NCBI RefSeq assembly: GCF_004010195.1
Contig: NC_057751.1
Location: 1,159,968-1,223,967, forward strand
Source of the DNA: Chiloscyllium plagiosum
Lineage: Eukaryota
Length of the DNA stretch: 64,000 bases
Reading direction: 5' to 3'
The notes below the pieces were generated by a model. It searched no databases, was not told the origin of the DNA, and saw nothing but the letters and a program-made list of their open reading frames with translations. Of this stretch, positions 39,001 to 51,000 are shown piece by piece. The position numbers were made by a program, and so were the translations under genes. How positions within the stretch are numbered: the first letter of the stretch is position 1; each line of letters begins with the position of its first letter.

Positions 39001-42000
39001 CTAGCTTTCTCTCATATTTGAACTTTTCCTTGTATTTATTGTTGGGTCATCCTTTGCTTTTTGTGTATCCTGATCAGTTTCTGACCTGCCAAATGTTTGC
39101 ACAGTTGTACGGTTTTACACTTGCCTTGATACCATTTTTAATATTCTGATTTACCATGGATGGTGGGTTCATCTCCTGGAAGTTTTCCTGCTCTTGTCTC
39201 CAAATGGCCTGATCTCCATGGCAAGTTGTGTGCCTAACCAATCTGGCATTCATCTGAATTCAGCAAGAGTTTGTGCTTCAACAGATTGTCCATCTGTGTC
39301 ACTACAAGATAATTTCATCTTCACCCCCAACTGTTCTTCAGGGGCTGCTGGAAGCGTGCTGGATTGAATCACAGCAGTTTGTCTGCTGAAGATCCTCTCT
39401 CACAGCATTCAGAAAGGCATTTTTGAGGATTTGTCAGCTGACAAAAAAGTGTAATTGTCCGAATGGGATGGGTGTGTGCAGACATGCCTATGTAGATGAC
39501 ATTGCTGTGAACAGTATTGATGTGCATCTGTTGCTCTATTTCTTCATGGGGGAATTGATGGTGTTTCTTGAAATGCTGACATGATGCATGAACCCGTTGG
39601 TTCGGCCTGATCATCTAACTGACTCAGTTTCTCCCTGGTTGCAGATTCTCTCTGTGTGCCCCGACATCAAGTGGCATTTTATCGGACACCTGCAAAAAAA
39701 CAATGTCAACAAGTTGATAGGTAATGCTGCAGACGGCATGGCTGTGTGTCTTACTCACTGCGGAGTTGGGGATTTATGGTAGCTCTCTTCTGATGACTGG
39801 CTGCTGGTTTTACATGCATTGGTTGAGGAGTAGATAGTGGTGGCTATGAGATTGTTTATGTCTCCTGACAGGGCAGATGAGCTGTGGACTTGAATGTCTC
39901 TTCAGCATTTGGGATTGCAGCACTCCCTGAGTACATCAGGAGTATAACCTTGGTTACACACCAAGGTCTCAGGGTGGGATTTGAACTGTCACTTTATGGC
40001 TTAGGAATTGAGAGTGAGTGGAGACGAACACGAGTCTGCAGAGTTGGTGTAGGAGGGAGGCTTCAGACACGTGCATCATTGGGATACCTTCTGGGGAAGG
40101 TGGGACCTGTACAAGGAGGACGGGTTGCACCTGAACTGGAGGGGCACCAATATCCGAGGCAGAAGGTTTGCGAGAGCTCTGCGGGAGGGTTTAAACTAGT
40201 TTGGCAGAGGGGGTGGGAACCAGAGCTAGGGATCAGAGGATGGGGTAGCTGGTGAACAGGCAGATACAGGGGGCAGAGAATCTGTGAAGAAGGCTAGACA
40301 GGTGATTGGGCAAAGTTGCAGTCAGTGTGATGGGTTAAAGTACGTCAACTTTAACGCAAAAAATGTCAGGAATAAGGAGGAGGAACTTAGAGCATGGATC
40401 AGTACTTGGAACTAAGATATGTTGGCCATTATAGAGACTTGGATATTACAGGGGGCAGGAATGGTTGTTGGATGTTCCAGGATTGAGATGTTTCAAAAGG
40501 AATAAGGAGGGAGGTAAAAGAGGTGGAGGAGTGGCATTGCTAATCAGCGATAGTTTCACAACTGCAGAAAGGGAGGTCGTCGAGGAGGGTTTGTCTACAG
40601 AGTCAGTATGGGTGGGAGTCAGAAACAGGAAAGGCGCTGTCACTTTCCTGGGAGTTTTCTATAAATCCTCAATAGCAACAGAGACATGGAGGAGCAGATC
40701 GGGAGGCAGATTTTGGAAAGGTGCAGAAATAACAGGGTTGTTGTTATGTCCCACTTTCCTAATATCGATTGGAACCTCCTTAGTTCAAATACTTTGGATG
40801 GAGCAGTTCTTGTCAGGTGTGTCTAGGAAGGGCTCCTGACTCAATATGTAGGTAGGCCGACGAGAGGGGAGGCCATTATTGGATTTGGTGCTTGACAACA
40901 AACCAGGTCAAGTGTCAGATCTCTCGGTGAGAGAGCATTTCAGTGATAGTGATCACAACTCCCTGACCCTTACTATAGTCATGGAGAGGCATAGGAGAAG
41001 ACCGTATGGGAAAATATTTAATTGTGGTGGGGGAATTACAATGCTATTAGGCAGGAACAGTGGAGCATAAATTGGGAACAGACATTCTCAGGGAAATGCA
41101 CGAGAGAAATGTGGAGGTTGATTCGGGAGCACTTGCTGCAACTGCTGGATAGGTATGTCCCACTGAGGCAAGGAAGGGATGGTAGGGTGAAGGATACTTG
41201 GGTGACAAGAGATATGGAACATCTCGTCAGGAGGAAGAAGGAAGCCTACTTAAGGCTGAGGAGGAAAGGATCAGACAGGGCTCTGGACTGTTACAAGGTA
41301 GTCAGAAAGGAACTGAAGAGTGGAGAGCGAGAAGGGGGCATGAAAATACTTTAGCAGGTAGGATTAAGGAAAACCCTAAGGCCTTCTACACTTATGTGAG
41401 GAACAAGAGGATGGCCAGAGTGAGGGTCGGGCCGATCAGAAGTAGTAGAAGGAACTTGTGCCTTGAGTTAGAGAAGGTAAAGGAGATTCTTAATGAGTAT
41501 GCGGTTCAATATTCACTGTTGAGGGGGACCTTGTCATGTGTGAGGACAGCGTGAAACAGGCTGACATGCTTGAACAGATTAATGTTAAGGAGGATGTGCT
41601 GGAAAGTTAGGAAAAACATGAGGATGGATAAGCCCCGTGGGCCAGACAGGATATATCCAAGGTTATGACAGGATACAAGGGAAGAGATTGCTGCACTTTA
41701 GCCATGAACTTTACATCCTCACTGTCCACTGGAGTAGCACCAGATGATTGGAGGCTGGCAAATATTATTCCCTCCTTCTAGAAAGGGAATAGATATAATC
41801 CTGGGAATTACTAATCAGTCTTATGCCTGTGGTAGGCAAATTATTGGAGAGGATTCTGAGAGACAGGATTTATGATTACTGGAAAACTATAGTTTGATTA
41901 GCTTTGGTCAGCATGGCTTTGTGAGGGGCAGGTCATGCCTCACAGACCTTAGTGAATTCTTTGATGATGTGACAAAATGCATTGATGAAGGTAGAGCAGT

Positions 42001-45000
42001 GGATGTGGTGTATATGGTTTTTAGCAAGGTGTTTGATCAGGTTCCCCGTGGTGGGCTCATGTAGAAAGTAAGGAGTAAAGGAAACCTGGCTGTCTGGATA
42101 TAGAATAGGCTGGCCCGTAGAAGACAGAGGGTGGTAGTACATGGGGAGTATTCATCCTGGAGCTCGGTGACCAGTGGTGTTCAACAGGACTGGGACCTCT
42201 GCTCTTTGTGATTTGTATACATGGCTTGGATGAGGAATAATAAGTTTGCCAATGACACGAAGGTTGGTGGAGTGGTGGGTAGTGTGGAAGGCTGTTGGAG
42301 GTTGCAACGGGACATTGCCAGGATGCAGAACTGGGCTGAGAAGTGGCAGATAGAGTTCAACCTGGAAACATGTGAAGTGATTCCGTTTGGAAGGTCAAAT
42401 TTGAATGCAGAATACAGGGTTAAAGGCGGGACTCGTGACAGTGTGGAGGAACAGTGGGACCTTGGGTCCCTGTCCATAGATCCCTCAAAGTTGCCACCCA
42501 AGTTGATAGGGTTGTTAAGAAGGTATTGGCTTTCATTATCAGGGGGACTGAGTTTAAGAGCCGCGAGGTTCTGCTGCAACTCTATAGAGCCCTGGTTAGA
42601 CCACACCTGGAATATTGTGTTCAGTTCTGGTCGCTTCACTGAAGGAAAGATGGAAAATGAAAGGTATGTGGGTTAGGTTGATCTTAGAGTAGGATAAAAG
42701 GTCAACACAACATCGAGGGCCAAAGGGCCTGTACTGTTCTATGTTCTATCTCCCCACACCATCATAGCTGATCGCCTCTGAGACTGAAGCTCTTGGATGC
42801 AGCAGTGAACTCTTGCTTCAGTTCACATAAATCAGGTGGTGGGAACTCAAACACAAGCAGGCTCTTGGTTAGCAATCTGATGCAGTATTTGTGAAAGCAG
42901 TTTGTTCCTAACAGTGTTGTATTGGTCACTCATGGGGGATTGTACTCACGTACAGGAGTCTCTCTTTCCAAACTTCAGTCTGTTGACAGATACCTTTTTT
43001 ATCTTTGTGAACCTCCCTTGACAGGGGCTCCCAACCTGTTCATGATTGAGACCATTGACTCCATCAAACTTGCTGATAAAGTCAACCAATCCTGGCAGAA
43101 GAAGCAAGCAGCTCAGAGGTTGAAGGTGATGGTCCAAGTCAACACCAGTGAGGAAGACAGTAAGTACAGGGTCCCAGGGACAGGGTTTGAATGTCCCTGT
43201 GATGGGGTGAGAGTTCTTTCTCTGCCAGTTTGCTGTTGAAATCTTGATGTCAGTGTTCCAAGGTTTGGCCATGTTGTGTTAGCTTGTGGTTGACTGTTTG
43301 TGCAGAACTCTTTTGAAGGTGGCAGAACAGTTTGAGAGCAATTCATCAAGTATATTGTACCACAGGCTTTATTAACGGGGACAGAGAGGACACCAGCAAG
43401 GAGGTGATGTGGAACTTGTATAAGATGCTTGTTTGATCTCAGCTGAAGTCATGTGTTCAGTTCTGGGTGTGGCTCTTTGCAAAGGATGGGAGCACAGTGA
43501 AGACAGTGGCAAAGAGGTTCCTGTGAATGGTTCCTGAGGTGAGGACTACCACAAGTTAGGAGTAAAAACCAAAACAAACTGCAGATGCTATAAATCAGCG
43601 TTGTGAAGAAGGGTCAATCAATCTGAAATGTTAACTCTGAATTCGCTGTACAGATGCTTCCAGATCTGCTGAGCTTTTCCAGCCATTTCTGTTTTTGTTT
43701 CTGGAGAAGCTGGAGCTGTTTTCATTGGACAAAATAGGAGGAGATTTACTAGTGGAATTGAAAGTGATGAGCAGAGTAGAGAGTGAGGAACTGGACCCAC
43801 CAGTCGTGAAGGGACCAAGAGTGAGAAGGCATGGATTGAAGACTGAAAAGTGATATGAGGAAAAGCAGTTTTGGGCACTGAATGACTAATGTCTGGAATG
43901 CACTGCCTCATTATGTGAAGTTGGATCTGATGGAGGTGTTCTGAAGCGATTGAGAGTGTTCACTGCAAGGTGAGAATATGCCATGTTATTCAGCCATGTC
44001 TCCTTCCTAAGCACCTGCCCATGCAACCATCTTATCCTGTATGGACTGCAGAAAGACTAAACTGACTCTCCGGCATCTGCAGACCTCACCTTCTCCTATG
44101 TTTTGGATGCAGCTGTAGGAGATGTTGCTGAGGTCCTATTCCAGTTTTTGGGTTTCCTGATGAACTTTGCAGGTCAGATGTACCATATTGCGGTGCAGTG
44201 AATCCAGTTTGTGTGGGAATCACCTTCCGAATCCCTCCCTGGGCCTAATTGGATCTGACAGGCAAAAGTGAGTGGTGCTGGAAAAGCACAGCAGGCCAGA
44301 CAGCATCCCAAGGAGCAGGAAAATCGATGTTTCAGGCAAAAGCCCTTCATCAAGAATAGAGGCAGAGAGCCTCCAGGGTGGAGAGATAAATGGGGGGATG
44401 GGGCTGGGGAGGAGGTAGCAAAGAGTGCAATAGGTGAATGGGGATGGGGAGAAGGTGATAGGTCAGGGAGGAGGGTGGAAGAGAAGATAGGCAGGTAGGA
44501 CAGGTCATGAGGACAGTGCTGAGCTGGAAGGTTGGACCTGGGGTGAGGTGGGGGAAGGGGAAATGAGGAACCTGGTGAAGTCCACATTGATGCCCTGGGG
44601 TTGAAGTGTTCCGAGGCGGAAGATGAGGCGTTCTTCCTCCAGGCGTCTGGTGGTGAGGGAGCGGCGGTGAAGGAGGCCCAGGACCTCCATGTCCTCGGCA
44701 GAGTGGGACAGGGAGTTGAAATGTTGGGCCACAGGGCGGTGTGGTTGATTGGTGCGGGTGTCCCGGAGATGTTCCCTAAAGCGCTCTGCTAGGAGGCGCC
44801 CAGTCTCCCCAATGTAGAGAAGAGACTGCATTGGGAGCAACGGATACAATAAATGATATTAGTGGATGTGCAGGTAAAACTTTGATGGATGTGGAAGGCT
44901 CCTATAGGGCCTTGGATAGAGGTGAGGGAGGAGGTGTGGGCGCAGGTTTTGCAATTTCAGCGGTGACAGGGGAAGGTGCTAGGAGGGGAAGGTGGGTTGT

Positions 45001-48000
45001 TGGGGTGGGGGGGGGCCTTGACCTGACCAGGTAGTCGCGGACACCAACCCCCCCCCGCCCCCCCCAAAAAAGTACCTACTGTGTCTGTTCCTGGATCCTG
45101 GTGGCTGTGTTTGAGCTGATTCATTGTAATAGCATGAGAAGTAGTGCAGACAGTGCTGACTTGTCTGCTTGCTGGGCTTGTTTTACGAAGACCGGTTAGA
45201 CAGGCTTGTCTCCTGCTTCTGGGAGGGATGCGAGGTTGACATGTGGTTATTCATACCTTTAAAATTGAATTAAACAAATTCTTGAATAAAAGGGATGAAA
45301 GCGTTGTGGATCTGGGGCGGGTGGGTACAGACAGGAAAGCAGAGCTGACCTAGGATGGTACAGTGGCTCAGTGGTCAGCACTATGATCTCGTGGCGCCAG
45401 GATCCCAGGTTTGATTCCACCCTCGGGCAACTCTCTGTGTGGAGTTTAGACATTCTCCCCGTGTCTGCGTGGGTTTCCTCCCACAGTCCAGAGACTTGCA
45501 GTTGAGGTGGATTGGCCATGCTAAATTGCCCAAAGTGTTGAGGGATGTGCAGGAAGGTGGGTTAGCTGTGGCAAATATAGGGATTGGTTATGGGGAGTGG
45601 GTTCTGGGCGGGATGCTCTTCAGAAGATTGGTGTGGACTCGATGGGCCAAATGGCCTGCTTCCATACTGTAGGGATTCTGTTCTCTTCTCTCACCTGTGG
45701 CGTCTATCTTCCTCTCCCTCCCTCTCTCTCCCTCTCTCATACGTTCTTGTAAATAGAGTGCATTCAGCTTGGCCAGGCCCCATCTAGTGGCAGATACTGG
45801 TCATTGCAAATATCTGGGCTACCTGCAGTAACCAACATCAGCCATAGGATGGTGCTCAGCCCATGAGGGTGAATCCAGAATGTCAGGGAGAGGGGGAAGA
45901 TGGGAGAAGCTGAACAGACCCTGGAGGTGAAAGGAGAGAACAGGAGGCAAGGCCACAGAGGACCAATACTCTGGAGCAAGGTGGGGCTGGCCCTGAAGCC
46001 AAGGATGGCAATGGGAAAGAGATTGAGGACAAGAGTGGAAAAGTTTGGGGGTTTCCAAAGGAGAAAGGCTGGTTGTGGTGCAGGGATACTGAAATTTGGC
46101 TGGCAGTGTGAAGTGAATATATTGACTCTGTTTAATAAGAACAATGTGAAGGGAGTCAACATGAAGTGGGGACTAATTGAAGGAGGATGTGGTGTTGCAC
46201 GAGGGATGAGTCGAAGCCAGGGAAGCAGGAGAAATCTTCGAAGAGTGCAGCGCATGAACAGAGGAGAACTTTGCTAAATATCTCATCTGAAAGGTGATCT
46301 GTGTGACACGGCGGCAGTTAGTGAGTTGTGGAGTGATAGAGTCAGCTGGAGTCTTGATCTTCAAATCTCTGGAGAGGGTTTTGAAGCCAGGACCATTGGA
46401 CTGAGCGAGGGTTGGAAGCAGGAGGTGACTATCATGCTTCATTGTCACTCAGACATATAGGAGGAACAATGCAGGGGTTTCTCAAAGGGGAAAGTGATGG
46501 GTAAGTGAGAGTGCTGGAGCAAGGTTGGGAATGGGTGTTGACAAGGTGCTTCCTGTTGTTGACTCTGGAGTTGAAGGTGCTGTTGCAGTCTCCCTGTTTG
46601 TTCTCAATTGCTTCACACTGAATTTCAGCAGAGTTTATGGTCATCTGGGTTCCTGATCAATGTGTAATTGTAGGTCAGGAATATTTGCAAAGGAAATGCA
46701 GGAAATATAATTGAGCCTTGAGTTTGTGAAGGTTAGTTTTGGAATGATCAACGGTTAGATGAAACAGTTCTTCAGGGCAGTGTCAGGTTTTGGTGCCTTT
46801 GCAGTTGGGGGGATAAGGAGACTGCAGGTGTCTGGACGAGTTCATGGTTTTCCTTTCGACCTGTGAACTCCAGGGACCTCCACAAAGCTGTACTTCTCTT
46901 CAATAACTGGACAAGCACAGATGCAGGGAATGGGGAGGAGGGGGTCAGGCTAGGCCAGAGGACTGGGAGCTTAGCTGGCTGGCATTTTTGCGGCATCTTA
47001 ATTGTGTTTTAAAACAAAACCCCACCAGCAGCATCAAACACAACTTGAAATCACTGTACTCGAAGAGATGTTAATAATGTGTGATCGCGGGCTCGATCAG
47101 GCATGTTTTCTGTGTCTTCAAGGAAGGAAGCAAAGCTGTGAGACAGAAGTTTAGGGAGGGACTGTGAAGCAATTGCTGTCGATGATGAGGTGGTGGAAAG
47201 GGACAGAATGGAGGAACACTGTGAGTGAAGAAGATTGCAGGAGAGGTTCTGGAGGAACTCTGCAACAAAGATGAGGAGTTTTGTTTGAGGTGCCTGTGTC
47301 GTTGTAAGCAGGGGTAATCAGGAGAGCAGGCTGGGGGTGGGGGTTTGTTGAGCAGATGGGGGAGCTGGCCTGTGCTTGGTCTGCTTGTCACTTGCTTTTT
47401 GTTTTCCCAGACAAGCATGGGCTTTCTGTGGAGGAGACCGTGGATACCGTCCGGCACATCCTCAGCAACTGCCCCTGCCTAGAATTTGTCGGGCTGATGA
47501 CTATCGGAAGATATGGTTATGACCTGAGTCAGGGGCCCAATCCTGACTTCCAGGTAAAAACGGATACAGACTTGTTCTTCTATCATATCTTTACAAACTC
47601 GGGACATGCCAAAACACGCGAATGCTCAACCGAGTATTTCTGAAGTGTTGCGATATGGTGTGTCGGTAGGTGACAGTCCATTTACATACTGCAGGATCCC
47701 ACTAATGACTGGAGAAGGAGTGTCTGTGCTGTTGGTTGAGCAATAAAATTGGCCCAGGGCAGTAGGGAGAACTTTGCTGCTGCTGTTCACAAAGTGTTCA
47801 AGTACTTTTGAGATCCAGCTTCTAGAATAGGCTGTTGGGGGAATTTGTCTGAATTCCTTTGGCAGTGCTGTGCTCCCTCAGTATTGTAGAAAATGTTTCA
47901 GGTTTTAAATTTGTGTTCCTTTTGAATTGGACTTGAGGTTGTCAGGCTGTTGCGACAGGAATTCCACTATGATATTTGGATAGCTTGTGGAATGCTATAA

Positions 48001-51000
48001 CCACTTTGCCTCAAGCGCAAATTGAATAAACCACCTTGAGTTGTGTAGAAACTCCTGCTTCCACACAATAAAAGCTAAAAATGCTGGAGCATAATCCACA
48101 GGTGAATTAGCGCAGAGAGAAGGAGCTAAACATGGAGGTGCATCACCTTTTGTCAGGACATGTCACAAGGGCAGATCAGACTCAGCAATCTCGTGTCTCT
48201 GTGTTTGTAACTGCGATTGCTCCAGAGTAGAGATGCCTTTCAGCTGTCAAGCTGTAGAAGCTAAAGATGAGAACACATCGCGGTGGAGTTAGCTGATCAG
48301 TACTGAGCCTCTGGGCCTTGTGAGTTGTCAGTTCCTCCTGAAAGTTTGCCTTCTTGAACCAGGTGCCTCTCCCAGCATTGACCTTTGTTTCATCTGCTGT
48401 CTTGTCCTCAGGCAGAGGGTCACAATGGGGGCTCACTGCCAGATTAACTGCTTCTCTTAATATTATTTAAAAATAAGGGTGGCCTATTGAAAACAGAAGT
48501 GAGGAAACCTTTTTTCCCTGAGGGTTGCAAGGATTTGGAATTCCCTTCATCAAAAGGGATCCTTAATTGTAATTCAGGTGGAGGTTGGTGGATTGTTCAT
48601 GACCGAGGGGCTGGAAGGCTCACGGGGATATGCAGGAATGTCAAGTTGAGGTTAACATCAGATCAGCCTTGACCTTGGTGAATGGTACAGCAGGCTCGAA
48701 GGGCGGAGTGGCCTACTCTCATTCCTCCTTTGTACGGTTTAATTGAAACACAGTTGTTTGCGCCCAACCCAAAACAGCCATGAATCATCAATTTGTTAAG
48801 AACAAGCCACCTGTAGATTATCACATTTCTGATTTGGTTTTTAAAAAGCTGAAGTGTTCTGATCCCCAATTGTCTGCTGTTGTGAATTTTTTTTTTCTCA
48901 ATGTCGTAAAAGCCCAGGGAGTTCACAAGTGTTCTTCAGGGAAGGAAGTCTACTGTCCTCACCTGATCGACTGACATGTGACTTCAGACTTACAGCAATG
49001 TGGTATGGTGACTCAACTATCCTCAGGGCAACTGGGGATGGACAGGCACATCCTCTGACACCCAAATCTTAGGAGTGAATGAACACAGCCCAGTAGGTCT
49101 GTTAGGTATGTTTTTTTAAATCATTGGCTTCCATGGGTTCTGATTTACTGACCCACGTTTTGGTATGTGTAAAGTGCATCGACTTGGTTTGGTGGTGATT
49201 TTGACTAAGCTTCAGCTGCACGCACAGATTATGTCGTCATTACAATTTTGTGCTCCTTCGCACGACACTGGCCTGATTCTTTCTCATTATCCTGAGGCCA
49301 TCAGCCAACCCATTCATGTTTTTGTTGGCAGGTATCAAGTAATATGAAATCCGGGCAAGTGAATGGAGTTGAGATAATGATCAGCCATGATCTAATTCAC
49401 TGTTGGAACAGGCTTCTTTTAATACTTTTGGTTCTGGGATGTGAGCGTTAGTAACTCCTTTCACCGATTTTGTCTGTCCCCAAGTGCCCTGGAGAGGGCA
49501 CTGGTGAGCTGTCTTTTTTGTTTTATTTACACATGGAATGTGGTTACCTCCAGCTAGACCAGTATTTACAGAGTTGAACAGCACGGAAACAGACCCTTCG
49601 GTCCAACCAGTCCATGCTGTACATCATCCCAACATAAACTCATCCCACCTGTCTGCTACTGGCTCATATCCCTCCAAATCTTTCCTATTCATGTACTTCT
49701 CCAAATGTCTTCGAAATGTTGTATTTATACCCACATTCACCACTTGCTTAAGTTCATTCCAAATGTAAACCACCCTCTGTGTAAAAAATTAAATCCTTCT
49801 CTTTTCACCTTAAAAATGGGTCTCCTAGTTTTGAATTCACCCATCCTCAGGAAAAGACAAGTCCCATTAACTCTCTCTACTCCCCTCATTATCTTATAAA
49901 CTTCTTTGAGGTCACCTCGCAACCTCCTATGCTCCAGTGAAAAAAATTCCCTGCCTGTCTACTCTTTCTTTGTTCCTCAAACCTTCCGTACCTGGCAATA
50001 TCCTGGGAAATCTTTTCTGAACCTTCTCCAGCTTAACAATATCCTCCTTATTACCAGGCGACCAGAGCTGGACACAGTATTCCACAGTGAGGAGGCCTCA
50101 CCAAAGGCCTGTACAACCTCAATATGATTTCCCAACTCCTATATTCACAGGACTGAGCAAAAAGCAAGCTTGCTAGACATCTTTTTACCCACCCTGTCAA
50201 TATGTCACACAACTTCAAATAATTATGTCCCTCTGTTCTACAATAATACCCAAGTCCCTCCCATTAATTGTATGAGCTCTATCCTTGTTTGTTGTACCAA
50301 AATGTAATACCTTGCATTTATCCTGATTGAACTCTCATCTGCCGTTTCTCAGCTCATGGACCCATTTCATCACGATCCCTTTGTAATCTTCCACTCTGAA
50401 TACAATGCCACCAATTCTGGAGTTACATGCAAACTTACTAACCATCCCTTCTGTATTCTCAGGCAAGTTATTTGTATAAATGACAAATAAAAGAGGACCC
50501 AATGGAATACCGCTGGTCACATGCCTCCAGTCCAAAAAGCAACCTTTCACCGCCACTCTGTCTCCTGCCATTTACAGAATTCTGTATCCACTTGCCAAGC
50601 TCACCCTGAGCTTGGCAAGTGCGTTCGTGACCCACTGCAGTTCTTGGTATGTAGGTAGATCCACAGTACCATGAGGGAGGGCGTTCCAGGATTTTGACCC
50701 AGCAACACTGAGGGAACAGTCATTTATTTCCACATCAGGATAGTGAGTGTGGCTTGGAGGAGGATTTCTGTGTACCCACTGTAGGGGCATTGGCTGCCTT
50801 GGGTGGTAGAGGTTGTGGATTTGGAAGGTTTTTTCTAAGTCAGTTGGCTGAGTTGATGCAGTGCATCTTGTAGATGATGAACATTGCTGCTACTGTGACA
50901 GGAGTGACTGTCTAAGGAAGTGGATTGAATGCTGATCCACGTTGAGGGAGCAGTTCTTCCTGTGCATTAACATCTTGTTCTGATAGACAAAGTTAAAAAT

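Noticed and set aside
40020..42750. Active autonomous LINE
   Set aside because: Multiple frameshifts, stops and internal deletions.
44157..44170. Isolated CTGATGA as another hammerhead
   Set aside because: No stem II or GAAA follows.
45764..46996. Cluster of 70-160 aa ORFs in PLPBP intron 5
   Set aside because: No recognisable domain or splice structure; probably a very decayed LINE that I could not classify.
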